Of a stretch of DNA of 64,000 nt, positions 26,344 through 40,207 are shown piece by piece; position 1 is the first letter of the stretch; each line of letters begins with the position of its first letter. The notes under the pieces were generated by a model that made no database searches, was not told where the DNA came from, and saw only the letters and a program-made list of their open reading frames with translations. The position numbers and the translations under genes were made by a program. Origin of the DNA: Octopus sinensis (lineage: Eukaryota). The stretch is from NCBI RefSeq assembly GCF_006345805.1, contig NC_043001.1, positions 5,828,001-5,892,000 on the forward strand. The letters are read 5' to 3'.

Positions 26344-26997
26344 GTCTAAACATATCTAAATATGAATATGAATGCATAAAAACGTAATGTTTGTACAAAT
26401 AAGTACAACAAGGGAAACAAATACTAGAAAATTAGAACTAAAAGGAAGTGATATTGGTTTAAAATTTATCTAAAACTGTTATGGACTTGGGTCAGCAGAA
26501 ATATTTCTCTTGTATTTAGAATTGATAGAGTCTCCATCATCATTGATATTTTTGCACTCAAAGCAACGTTTTCCGCAAAAGCTGAACAATTTTCTCTTTT
26601 TGTTTTTTTGTTTTTTGTGAAGCCAAAAAAAACAAAAGTAATATATTTGTATGTTTCATTATGATGGCTTCCTGAAATTATATCAAACATGTTTCCTCTT
26701 TGCTTTTTCAGCCACAATAATCTTTTTTCATTGAAGGCTATAACAATTTTATGTATTTCCATTATATACTAACATACAAAAACACACAAGTACACACATA
26801 TACATACACATGCACTCCCGCACATATATATGTATACGCATATGTGTATGTGAATGCGTATGTATTTATAAATTCATACTTCAGTATGTTTCAGCGTATA
26901 TGTTCATACATATAACAATAAATATCTCTCTCTCTATTATATATATATATATACAAATGAATATATATATATATCTGCGTGTGTGCATATACATACT

Positions 26998-27050
<53 letters not shown>

Positions 27051-27143
27051 GCATATGTACATATGTAATATATATATATATACATATATATACATATATA
27101 TATTATATATATACCTATATATATATGTATATATTTATATATG

Positions 27144-27176
<33 letters not shown>

Positions 27177-27281
27177 GTATATATATATATTATTATATAT
27201 ATATATAATAATATATATATATATATCTATATATATATATTTATATGAAACACACACACACACACACATACACACACACAC

Positions 27282-27332
<51 letters not shown>

Positions 27333-27987
27333 GTCTAAACATATCTAAATAGAATATGAATGCATAAAAACGTAATGTTTGTACAAATAAGTACAACAAG
27401 GAAACAAATACTAGAAAATTAGAACTAAAAGGAAGTGATATTGGTTTAAAATTTATCTAAAACTGTTATGGACTTGGGTCAGCAGAAATATTTCTCTTGT
27501 ATTTAGAATTGATAGAGTCTCCATCATCATTGATATTTTTGCACTCAAAGCAACGTTTTCCGCAAAAGCTGAACAATTTTCTCTTTTTGTTTTTTTGTTT
27601 TTTGTGAAGCCAAAAAAAACAAAAGTATATATTTGTATGTTTCATTATGATGGCTTCCTGAAATTATATCAAACATGTTTCCTCTTTGCTTTTTCAGCCA
27701 CAATAATCTTTTTTCATTGAAGGCTATAACAATTTTATGTATTTCCATTATATACTAACATACAAAAACACACAAGTACACACATATACATACACATGCA
27801 CTCCCGCACATATATATGTATACGCATATGTGTATGTGAATGCGTATGTATTTATAAATTCATACTTCAGTATGTTTCAGCGTATATGTTCATACATATA
27901 ACAATAAATATCTCTCTCTCTATATATATATATATATATACAAATGAATATATATATATATCTGCGTGTGTGCATATACATACTTAC

Positions 27988-28019
<32 letters not shown>

Positions 28020-28032
28020 ATATATATATATA

Positions 28033-28063
<31 letters not shown>

Positions 28064-28199
28064 CATATATATACATATATATATTATATATATATACCTA
28101 TATATATATGTATATATTTATATATGTATATATATATATATGTATATATATACAGTATATATATATAATATATATATATTAATATATATATATATTATA

Positions 28200-28230
<31 letters not shown>
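26250..28230. repeat. ~990-bp near-identical tandem duplication with breakpoints in (TA)n
   Basis: Unique block 26341-26930 recurs at 27330-27920; the differences I found are 1-bp indels. Confidence 0.95.
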
Positions 28231-28231
<1 letters not shown>

Positions 28232-28542
28232 TGTAAGAAATAACTATTAAATATTGAAAATTAGTTTTGCCAATTGAAGTAATAAAAATAAATTTGACAA
28301 AAAAAAATAACAGGGACAACAATTTTATTGGCCTGACATCAAATGAACTCTATGAATACTGTAATAGTGTAGTTTGATTCAATTTCCTAAACGAAAGACA
28401 ATTATTTCCCGAAGTCCGATTTCATATTTTCGATCACAAACGCAGCGATAGTCACTGGAAATACACGTAGAAAACCTTATATATACATACAAACACATAT
28501 ATATATAGAAATAATATCTGTCTATCTTTCTCTATCTCTCTC

Positions 28543-28583
<41 letters not shown>

Positions 28584-30089
28584 TATATATATTCTTATAT
28601 ACACATACATTCTTAAGACCCATATATGTGTGTGTGTGTGTATGTGTTGGTGCGTGTTTGCTCACTTTTGTATATGTATCACACGGTCATACCTAGCCTA
28701 AATATAGACGTTTACACATTTCACGGTGTCAAACTTGAAAGTTGCAAAGGTCACAATAAGGAAATGATTTTGAATCATCTTTCCTGAAATAAAATGTTTG
28801 ACATAACCAGAGTATTTAATGTATGGAAATTGTCTGAACGAAGATATGTGCAGTCCAATTTCCTTGCTCAACTTGTGATCGTAGGATATTGAAATTTCCA
28901 TTACTTTTTCGTCTTGAAGTTTTGGAAACGGTGAGAAAACAAAATTTTGGCGCAATGACTTTTATATTTAGTAGATTCTGTCATTTAGATTGTATTTTCC
29001 TTCAAGACAATTTTGATTTTTATCTTTCTATTCTATATATTATTTCGTCAACCGTTACACTGTTGGGCTGTAAATGAAGCAAAATTTGAAATAGAATTAG
29101 GGGTAACCATTTTATTAGATATCAGTAATGAAATGTATTCAGTTTAAATAGAAAGCGGTTTTGAAATAATTTGAAATATCTTAATTTTTCTAGATTTTCA
29201 TTTTCTGAAAATGGATACTGTATTTAAAAGCATGGATCAGAGAGCTACCAGATCTATCAGCGGCCGACATGATACATTAATATAGAATTTACTGAAGTGC
29301 AATTCTTGAAGAGCCACAAATCCTTCAGACCCTTAAATGTGTAGCTGGAATAGAGTTGAGACAAGTTTACGAAGAAAATCAGAATACTTACCCACATAGA
29401 ACAATGCCATATTCCGTTGGAAACTTAGTACTGTACTTTCTTCAAATATGTTTACTGTACTATTTTATGCATTAGACAAAAAATATATTTGGTATCTTAA
29501 ATATATATATATATAAAAGGGGGATGTTCCCTCATTTTATACGTTCGTTACGTTAGTATATAGCTGTTAAATCTAAAATATGCATAACACTGCACATATT
29601 TCCACTGGAATCGCCTTGCTGGTAGGACATCTGGTTTCTATTTCTTGCAGATATCTTCATCACTTGGATATATCTCTCATTTGTGAATAGATGTGTCAAT
29701 ATTTGTCGTGGATATTTCCTAAAAATTCCGAACACATCAGTGATATGTATTTATAGATGCATAAAACATCCTTGTATAATAGTGATATTTTATCATGATA
29801 TCATGATATCCTTGTGTAGTAATGATATTATATAATATACCATGTAACTATATATTATGTATATATAAATATGCATGTGTAAACATATACATAAATATAG
29901 AGACACACAGATAAATAAATAGATAGATAGATAGATAGATGAAAATAATTTGATTCAAAGTGTTTTGATCTATAGATTTAATTCTCAATAAATCTGTTTT
30001 GTGCCCATCTTTCGTTTGTCTACACAATCGTATACATATGTATGTGTGTGTGTTTATGTGTACCTATATATTTATATATATCAATATAT

Positions 30090-30148
<59 letters not shown>

Positions 30149-30201
30149 GAAAAAACAAGTAAAAAATAGAAAATGCTAAAATAATTTTATAGTGAACATT
30201 T

Positions 30202-30239
30202 CAGTACCGGTTTCGGTCATTTTGAGACCTTTTCAACTG
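30202..30239 (-). ncRNA. Minimal type I hammerhead ribozyme motif (U3:A8 variant)
   Basis: cag-UUGAAAA-gguc-ucaaaau-gacc-GAAAC-cg-GUA-cug: stem I cag/cug, stem II gguc/gacc, palindromic stem III accggu. Confidence 0.75.
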
Positions 30240-30932
30240 TAACGATTAAATAATTAAATTTAGAAAAATTAGAAGAAAAGTTTTTTTAAAAGAATATTTC
30301 TATAGTAGTGTTCAGATTTAAGTGGCATTCTGCCTTTCTCTGACTCCCTTGTTTGCACTTGTGTGTTCGAGGTAGTTGTGAGTTCTTGGTAGGGTAGTAG
30401 AGGGAAGGCTGGTGAGGAAAGGGGGGTGGGAGAATCTGGGAGTGCCCTGATGGTCGTATTTTGAATGGTCAGTGGCGGCTGGCAGTCTCAGTTCAATTCA
30501 GGAGAATATTTATATTGACAGGCTTGTTTATAGAATTAGCGTAGGTGTTATACTAAAAAACATTAGTGACAAACTTAAGGGGTAGGGGGTGGAGAAGAAG
30601 AAGAAGAAGGAGAAGGAGAAGGAGAAGATGATGGTGATGGTGGTGATGATGATGATAACGATGATGATGAAGAAGAAGAAGAAGAAGAAGAAGGAGGAGA
30701 AGGAGAAGATGGTGGTGATGATGGTGGCGATGATGATGACGCCGATGATGATGATGATAACGATGATGATGAAGAAGAAGAGGAAGAAGAAGAAGAAGAA
30801 AAAAACAGAGAAGGGAGAATATGAATGGGTGTAAATATAGCTATGAAGGGGCTGATTAGTAATGGATTCTATGGAGTGTAGTATTTGTGTGTGTATATAT
30901 ATTTTTTTCTTTTATTCTAAAGTTGAGGTATA

Positions 30933-31850
30933 TTAATTGTTTGTCGTAGACCCGTTAAGAAGTGGCTTGTATTTTGTAATAAAGAGATTTTCTTTACTTA
31001 TTCTTTGTCTCGAGGTTGTATCGTCCCTAAATTGGTAGAGGGGGAAAATTCTGAAGCTTGGTGTTTTTTTGTTGGCGCAAGTATCTATGTGTTGGCTAAA
31101 AGCTATTTTTCTGTTTTGGGGAATTTTTATCTGGGATCTGTCCAGGGCCATTCGTTTACGCAAACCATTTTTTGTTTGGCCTATGTACTGCTCTTGACAC
31201 CCGGAGCAGGTTAGTGAGTATATTAGGTTCTCCGAAGCACATGTGAAGTTGCTTTTCACTGTAAACCGTTGTCCCTGTTTGAAGGAGAACTCAGAACCCT
31301 CGATTAGATAGTCGCATATCCCGCAATTGGGTCTTCCACATTTTTTTACTGTCGGCTTCTGTGTTGAAGAGTGAATTCGGGTTTGTGTAAGGAGACTTTT
31401 CATGGATCTAGGCTGTCTTTTGCTTTTTATGATCGTGTGTGTTCATTCTGTGGTCTTTTTTTAGGAGGGGTATGTTGTGGAGGATGGTGTCGAAGGCTTC
31501 GTTATTGAGAGGGTTGTGTGTGGAGATGTATGGTAAGGCTTTTGGTTGTAAGTTTTTCTTTGATTTGGATGTCTCAGTTCCTTGATGTTAAGTTGAAGGG
31601 CACGTTGAATGCACTTGTCAATAAGTGAAGGTGGATAGTTCCTGGTGATTAGGGTATCTTTTAGTTCTTGTAGTCGTGTGTCTCTGGTGTTTGCGTTAGA
31701 GACTATAGTGCATATCCTTTTTGCTAGATTGAAGGGGATATTCATCCTGGTGTGTCTGGGGTGGCATGAATTGAATGGAAGATATTGCTTAGAGTCTGTA
31801 GGCTTATAGTATATGTCTGTTTCTATTATATTATTAGCTTTCTTAATGAG
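30933..31850 (-). pseudogene. Penelope RT C-terminus/GIY-YIG endonuclease, frameshifted
   Basis: ORF-track 31461..31934 (its start is microsatellite) and 30933..31403 are consecutive parts of one PLE protein. Confidence 0.9.
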
Positions 31851-31854
31851 GATA

Positions 31855-31890
<36 letters not shown>

Positions 31891-33558
31891 TGTATGTATA
31901 TGTATAGGCATATGTATATGTTACAATCATGCAAGTGTTACACTTGGAAAGCAGACTTTAAATCTAACCTCAGATATACTGTCCTTCTGACTAACAGAAA
32001 CCCGATTATGTGGGTATCGTAGATGCAAACCTTAGCTCTCCATGCTTCCCTATAGTAAACGGAACACGAATAAATCATGTTGGAACCTTAAGCTTATTTC
32101 AGAACATAAGGATTAATAGCTCCAAGTTTCACAAAATAATCTTTTGCATCAAGTCTGATTCTGTGGAGTAATACTTTTTAAAAAGCAATCTTATCATCCA
32201 ACTTAACATGGCCACATTGTCAAAAGACCGTATACTATGATATTTTCCCCGAGAGGACGTATGGACGCAATTTGAATAAAGCCCTCAAATGCATATTTAT
32301 ATTGCATCGCTTACAGAAGACAATTTACAATGGGTATTAGAAATTTCAGATAATCTGAAGTGGCAGATGTCCTTCAGCCGCATAAAAGTTAAAATTCACT
32401 GTTTCTGTCGCTAATAATTATTGGTTAATAGATTTGCTTACAATGGTATATATTTTTTCTTGCTACGTTAATATGTTCCGGCAGATTCGATTTTCAATAT
32501 AGTCTTGTCTCATCTCGCAGATGCACCCACGCATCAACTTTTCCAAGGAACTTCGATGGAGTTGTTTATAATTTAATCAAACAAAATATCCGCTAATCCT
32601 AGATGATAATAAATCACCATTCTGTTATTAATTATACTAACTATTGTATCAATGTACAAGGATAAATTGCAAATCCACCAATCATGACATTTCTGTCATA
32701 CTCTCAGGTTTTACAGAAAGTCTGAGAGCATAATTTTCAATCAAGTCAATATACTGTCGAAAAATTTACCGTTTTACTGTCTTGTCTTCATAGACATCTG
32801 ATAAATACCAATAAATATATAGTAATTATTTCACCTGACTCATTATTGATGTGTTCTGTATCTAAACAGACCAGGAAATTAACAGAATAGATTATGTGAA
32901 AGCAATAAAATTTCGTCAGGATATCAATGAGGAATCTGTAAACTTTAATAAAATGCTTAATTATGTTTGCCATAAATCTTCATACAGCAAAATGTTTAAC
33001 TTACTCTAAGCATTCAAAACAGATGACATAAATACATTTGATGATGACTGAGTGCTTGTGAGTCTGCGGATAAGAGAAGGAGAGAGTGAATTAAAAATAT
33101 AGATAAATAGTTTAAGTGTTCGGTGAAGGAAGGTGTATTGGTTAATGTTTGGGAATGTAAGTTTCGGTGAGAGATTCAAGGAAGTGTCTATTATTGGAGC
33201 TGTCTCTATAATTGCTGTTTAATGGCGATGTATAAGTGTCTTTCCGAAATACAAGATATGTGATAAAGCATTTCAAACCGAAACTCTGCTATATTTATCG
33301 AAATTCAAATCTGACGATCGCTCATGTGATTTCACGAATCGCGCGCGTTTGTATGTTTATATGTGTCGATTTTTGTGGGTGTATGTATTCGTATATGTTT
33401 GTGTGTATGTTATTTTAAGCAACTAAATATACTCAGACGTGTGTATTTATTGGCAATTCGATTTTCACTTTCAACTGATGTAAACAATATATTCAAGTTT
33501 ATCGTCGTCGTAGCCAAATAAACTATATAAATGTGTATCTATATACATGAATACATAC

Positions 33559-33928
<370 letters not shown>

Positions 33929-34440
33929 AGACGCACATGTGTGTGCGTATGTGCATGTGTAGTTCTGTGTATCTCTGTTTCTTCCGTGTATACCTATGGT
34001 CTCAAAGATAATATCGTTGCCTTAAACTATATTAAATCTAGGAAAGAATTCAAATTTAAATCATTCGAAGTGTGTTAATGCCAAATTTTATATTAATCTA
34101 TCTTTACCAGCAAACCGTCGAACGCACACTTCGCACGCACGCAACGTTGTCGATGTTTTAAGCAATCATTTCCTTTGTAAGGTTTATAGTTTTGTCATCA
34201 GAGGTGGTTGAAAAAAGCCTAAATATAAACGTTTGTGCCATTTCTTTGGTTATGAGTTCTTATCTAATTGAATCATTTGTTTGCATTTTCCATTTTGTAG
34301 ATTTCGCTAAATTATTGCAGGAGTTGGTTTGATTAACTACAATAAAGCTGATAATTAAATCTACAGTGTCAAGAAAGGTCATAAAAATTCTAATTTTGAT
34401 ATACTTTTATCAAAATGTTGAATTTAAACATCTTAAATAT

Positions 34441-34573
34441 TTATTTCTTTATTGCCCACAGGGGACTAAACATAGTCTACCTCGGCGGAAATTGAACTCA
34501 GAACGTAACAGCAGACGAAATATCGATAAGTATTTCGCCCGGCGTGCTAACGATACTGCTACCTCGCCGCCTT
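34441..34573 (-). mobile_element. Internally deleted SINE family B copy
   Basis: Head and B box joined directly to the spacer end (cctgtgggcaataaagaaata). Confidence 0.8.
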
Positions 34574-34949
34574 TTAATATTGTAAATTTTAGCTACAGGA
34601 AAATAGATTAAATTCACTGCGAGATTGCATTTCCACTTTATATTCTCTCTCTTTATATATTCCTCTCTTTCACGCTACTCCCTTTCTCTCTTCCTCCTTT
34701 CTGTCTCTTTCTATATTACTCATTCTCTTTTCCCCCTCCCTTTCTCCTTCTGAACACATAACAGTAAAACTATTCCCAACTTATAAGCACACTTAAATGA
34801 CAGCCACATAATGCTTTTACTAGTACAATGTCAGCGATGCTCAATATTTTTGAAGATGAAGATTCGACGTGTATCTATTTATGGAATATGATAACCCTTC
34901 GTGTCTTAAGTGATAGGAAGGGTTATCATGTGCTATGCTTTTCTTGGTA

Positions 34950-35190
34950 CTAACGATGGGCTACAGCAAATACTCTGTTCAGTACCACAGATCTGCTTGC
35001 CGGTTGTTTAACCTTCATCATTTGAGCATGTCCCTTGGTGGTTGTATCTCTGATCATGAGCAGAAGTAGTGACGGGGGGGGGGGGCATTATAACTATGTG
35101 ATGAGATGAAAAATAGGGGTTTTGAATAAATCATCTCTGGAAACAAGGGCGTTTCGTTCAGCGTCATCAGAAAATTTTTATTCATAGACC
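34950..35190 (+). repeat. Interspersed repeat family C, copy 1 (related copy at 53595-53830)
   Basis: Shared gttt.acctt.a.ca.tt.agcatg..cctt, atct.tgatc...agcaga.gtag, gaaaca.gg..gtttc and cgtcatc. Confidence 0.6.
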
Positions 35191-35209
35191 TAATTTCTAT
35201 TTCAAGAAG

Positions 35210-35210
<1 letters not shown>

Positions 35211-35255
<45 letters not shown>

Positions 35256-35325
35256 TCACTGCCTGGAATCGAACACGTAACCTTAGTGTTAGTAACCGGT
35301 GTTCTTAACCACTACGCCATATGCC
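35211..35325 (-). mobile_element. tRNA-like Pol III head followed by (AAT)n
   Basis: Reverse complement ggcatatggcgtagtggttaagaac..gtgttcgattccaggcagtgacctga(ata)n has an A box (tggcgtagtgg) and a B box (gttcgattcc); no convincing acceptor stem, so not called a tRNA gene. Confidence 0.75.
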
Positions 35326-36811
35326 TGTTAAAGGCTGGAGGGTATGTCAGCCGAAATATAGTGTTAAGAACAAACTAGATGAGGACTGATATCCGTCAAA
35401 TGTAAATAATATAAATAAAGTAAACAAAAGTGTACATTTTCCTTAATGCTACCAACTATGTTCACCACATATTGTAAAATTAGTAACAGAGCCCGAAACA
35501 ATCCAACTATGCAACAAACAGATATAGTAGAACTACTGCAGATTAGCTAATGGGAATATCCAAGGGGTGAAGGCTCTAATCTCTGGAGTGAAAGAGAGAA
35601 AGGTATGTTGTAATATAGATCTGGAAGAACCTGGGATATATTCTCAAAAACTTAGGCACTGAATGTTACACTAAAAACAGGACAGGGTGCATTTACATAG
35701 CGCCAAAGGTCCCACACTTGCCATAAAAAACACAACTGATTAATACAACAAACAATATTTGTGAACAATTGAAAGTAACTTACATGGGGGTTGGTGTAGA
35801 TGTCCTCGATGAAAAATAGACTTCACGGCAAGAAACCGCAGATGCAGGAAGCAACGTCAAACTTGTTTATTAAGGAAATGTGAAGTATTAAAGAAGAGTT
35901 TATGAAGATATAGTAACTCTAATTGGCAGTGCCAGACATGGCCACAGCTCGCGAGCTTAAATGAGTAAAAGCGCAAAGGAGGAAATGTGAGTGTGTGTGT
36001 GTGTGTCTGTCTGTGTGTATAATAAAAATTTCGACACAATAGCCTTATTTTCCTAAAAGATATACTTATGATATCAAATTATTGCTATACAATATCTACT
36101 CAGGCAAGCTTTCCTCATCGTAACCATTAAAATACTATAAGTACAGTGAATTTTTACTTTTATTGTTTACATATACTTGATGAAAAGTTCCACATAAAAA
36201 TATATTGCAATGCTTACTGACAAAGAATGAAAAAAAAATTCTCAACACGTTTTCATCACTTTTGTTTCTTTCTTTTAAAAAGTGAACGTGAGCCAGAAAA
36301 CTGTGATTTTCTCACAGTTGGAATTCTCATATTCGAATATAGCTTTCTTTCGTGTGTGAATACAGAGATAATATCTTCGATGTTAACACATGTTGCCAAA
36401 TTTACTTTCATATTTTCTTTATTCATAGTCTCTTCTTTTTTTTTTCACAACATATAGCATATTCATACAGTGCTGTGCAATATGTTGTGCTGGTGTCAAC
36501 AAATACAGAAGTTCCAGACAATTTATTTTTTCTTTATTTTATTTTATTTAATTTCTGCACTCCATAACCGTCGTTGTGTTTGGGCGAATTTCACATTGGT
36601 AATCAGTTTAGTTGAGCTTAGTTCACGGAACAGCAATCATCGTTATATAACAATAAATTAAGAGATTCCTGTGACTCACTTAATTATCACATTTTGGTGT
36701 GGATTTCGCTCTTAATACCAGGGTATTTATGCATTTTTAGTGCGATGCTTTGTTATAAATTATTCTATAGTAATTCCCTAATTTACACAGATGTATGTTC
36801 TATGTAAAAAA

Positions 36812-37948
36812 AAAGGACCACAGTAAATTTATGTCCGTTTTCATATATTTTAACTCGCATCGTTTACATTTAGATAACTATATGTTAATAATGGAACTAT
36901 GTCCATGAAGCAAGCAACCAAATATTTAGGAATTTTATAACGTGTTAGGAATGTAGGTCATAATTAGAGAAGATGAAATAAGAGTTAAATTTGTTTATAA
37001 ACGTCGTACGTGTGACTGGAAATTGCAAGTTTTTTGGCATTTGTCGAATTCCACAGCAATATTTTAAGTAAGAAAAAGTAAAAGAAATTGAAATAGCCAA
37101 CTCACTGTGGAGAACAACGTAGTCTCATTTATTGTGTTCCAGTCTGAGTTTGTCATTAACATTTTTATAACCGAAAGTGAAATTTTGAAGAAATCTTAAT
37201 CAGATTGTTTGGACTGAAAATTCACACGCTTCTCTTCGATTTCAATACATCGTTTCTAACAAGTGAGCGAAAGATGATTTGTCGAGCTATTTTCCCGTAA
37301 CAGTCTATGTCTTTTGTGGTGACTTATGGCTTTTATGACGATACAGTTGGTCTTGAAGCTGAATTAGTTAATGTTGTATGAAATATTGCGTAGTGAGGCA
37401 GTCACCGAATTTTGGGGAGAAGAATCATGCGTTACTTTTTCCAACTCAGAGCCGCATCCTGCAATATAGACATAAAAGGCAAGGCCATTAACGTACAATT
37501 CATACTGTAAACATAAAAAGGTATTGATGCTTAATCAAACCGGGCTAGGACCATCAGATCGCATATTTCAGCAAGCGAGTTGAAATCTTGCCAAATATGT
37601 TTGACGAATGTTCTAAAAATTTTGTAGGAGATTATAAAAATATGGAGTAATTATTTCCCATATAGAAAGATCTTTGGCGTTACACGAACGAATGTCTCTG
37701 AGTTCCAAGATAGATGGTCTCACTGTTTCTACTTGTTAAGCTTGCAACTAATTCAGGCGTTACATGAATCTTAATTGGAGAGCTTTTTGAAATCACATTG
37801 TAATTATTTCTGTTTAAATTTGTCACTTATTTCATCTGATAACTTTTGAATTATTTTCTATTTATTTGACTGCAGTTTATATGTAAATGCAAAGGTCTCA
37901 GGTTAACAAAACTGAATAAAATCTAATGCAGATACTACTGTGGTCTTT
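36812..37948 (+). mobile_element. Very decayed Tc1/mariner-superfamily relic (WPPRSPDL-type transposase)
   Basis: Residual TIR gaccacagta / tactgtggtc; motif ghosts in the expected order: WTENSH (W..ENPH), FQLRAASC (FQQDGAP.H), RTIRSH (WPPRSP), GELFEITL* (GGHFEHLL*). Confidence 0.5.
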
Positions 37949-38916
37949 ATGAATCTATCGGTTGGCCACCCCAACACATGTTGTTTTCCATCAATGACTA
38001 TTTAACAACGCTAACACCGTACTAAAATCTCAAACTGAAAGGAAAACAGAAATAATCCTCGCTGACGTATTTCACTCGGTTTAGTTTATTGTGAATTATA
38101 AAATCATATTCATCGATGCACCATGCTAAAGAATGATTTATTATTCGCAAATGATTATATATCTAGAATATCTGGAGGAAACTACAGAAATTGCCTAACA
38201 TAGAAGTATGCGCGTTCGAACTCGCATTAATTTAATTACCTGTGCATCACAGTTCCATTTCTTTCCTACTCGTCTGATCTCCACCTGTGGCAACGCAACC
38301 ATACACACACAGATGCAGCCAGTGCATATAAAATACATACACTATCCAATACTTTCTCCCCTCCCCCATTCTGTTTATCAGTTATAATCTGTTTTAATAT
38401 TCAGTTGAGATGTTTCATCTCTATATTTGAAATCGTATTAAATGGTAAATACTTATTAATACCAGTATGCGGTGGTTATTTGCCTCAGAAGAACAGAACC
38501 ACAGAAGTTGCTATTGATAAACAAATTAAATTTTTAATCTTTCCTAGCATACGGAAGTAGATTATAACCAAATATGTAAATGTGAGTATAAAGAGGAATC
38601 AATAATATCGTTATACTGTATAATACGCATCGCATGGAACTTAAAATATTTGTGTAATATTCAGGAATATGGGGTTGGCACATACACTTTGTGTGCATAT
38701 GCAGACATTTATTGTTGTTTGTTGTTATGTAAAGTTCTGCGCAGTTATCATTAAACTGAAGAATTCCTATAGCCATTTTAAAGAATATATATATTTGCCA
38801 CCTAAATGTGGTTAACTCTCAAGGGTTGATGCTACTTGTAGCCCCAGGAAGACATTTCCTCCAGCTGGCTTTTAACACATTTCTGTGTCCTAACAGTGTT
38901 TCGAAAGGGAATTCAT

Positions 38917-38934
38917 ACACACACACACACACAC

Positions 38935-38991
<57 letters not shown>

Positions 38992-39030
38992 TATATATAC
39001 GCATACATAAATACATATATACACACATAC

Positions 39031-39061
<31 letters not shown>

Positions 39062-39122
39062 CATACATACATACATACATACATACATACATACCTACAT
39101 ACATACATACATACATATATAC
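38917..39122. repeat. (CA)n/(TA)n/(TACA)n microsatellite
   Basis: Directly visible. Confidence 0.93.
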
Positions 39123-39244
39123 ATACTTATCATAACTGCAAATAGAATTGATTAGTCCCTAATTCAAATGTAATGAAAATTTCTTAACGTGAATCTGTTT
39201 TTCTTATAACGCGATATAAATCGGCGATGTGCAGTATCTTCACC

Positions 39245-39415
39245 GCGTGGTGCATGATGCTAAGACATACCTTTCCCAGTTCTAAATTCAGATGCTGTTC
39301 AGGTCTAATTTGCATTTTATCCCAGCAGTGATGATATTACGTGTAGTAGTTGAACACTGAAGGCCATGGAAAGAACATCCCTGCCTCTCAGAATTGGCAG
39401 CCTTGTTCCAAACTA
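39245..39415 (+). mobile_element. Highly degenerate SINE family B copy
   Basis: ttctaaattcagatgctgttcaggtctaatttgcattttatcc..agttgaacactg..cagccttgttccaa. Confidence 0.45.
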
Positions 39416-40207
39416 AGCGTGGATAGTAACTTCGCTTTCAAACATTCATATATTTAACCCCACCGCCTCTGGAGGTATATCTGTGTAAATATATACAAGA
39501 AAAAAGCAACAAGAATGGATTAGTTGTTCAGTACTATTGTTTCATACGAAGAAAATATTTATTAAAAGCTGCAAATATTGCAGCAAATACAAGTGTCCCG
39601 TATTCATCAGCCAAAACACATATGAGTTTTCCAAACATCCTAGTGGGTGAGGCTACACTCATGAAGTATCGAAGAGAGTTCTATGAAAAGCAAAGTTAGA
39701 TTGTAAGCAGACTTAAAATGTTTTCTAATGATGCACAGTTTTGTGTAAATATATATATATATTTGTGTGTGTGTGTGTAAGTAGGTAGGTATACGTATAT
39801 GTATGCATAAACACACGTACTCATTTCTATATAAAATTAATATAAGCAGTAGGTCGCAATACGATACCATAAAAGAAACATTCATCGTCACTAAATGTGA
39901 CTGTGTGCGGAGACACCTACATTGGTAGAAATAGAAGTAAAACACTCCCTGTGTTGTATGAAGAGCGCAAAAGTATAGACATGCGATGATACCCGGAGGA
40001 AACTTCCCATAACCGAATCGAGAATATCTCAGACTGAACATCTAGTGTTCCGCATATCTGTACGCTTCTTCAGCGAGGGTCGCGTAAGATATATATATAT
40101 ATATTTATTAATCAATATAGGGTGGCAAAAAATTCAGTAGAAATTATTTGCCACCAGCGGCCTAGTGGGAAAAAAGTAAATAGTCAGAGACTATTAATAA
40201 ATTCAAC

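Larger units (their letters stand above)
30149..31852 (-). mobile_element. 5'-truncated Penelope-like retroelement (Neptune-type)
   Basis: RT C-terminus TDIYYKPTDSKQYLPFNSCHP, Cys linker CGRPNCGIC, GIY-YIG NLIYSLTCSGCQEQYIGQT; 3' region with GAA/GAT repeats and a hammerhead motif; both ends abut (TA)n. Confidence 0.93.

Noticed and set aside
30589-30834. Lys/Met-rich ORF
   Set aside because: GAA/GAT triplet repeats within the Penelope 3' region, on the antisense strand.
35251-35325. Functional tRNA gene
   Set aside because: A and B boxes are present but the acceptor stem is unconvincing and there is no oligo-T terminator; treated as a SINE head.
38240-38284. Possible 45-nt minus-strand exon (cag / VEIRRVGKKWNCDAQ / gtaatt)
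   Set aside because: Weak polypyrimidine tract, no recognisable homology and no partner exons; needs RNA-seq.
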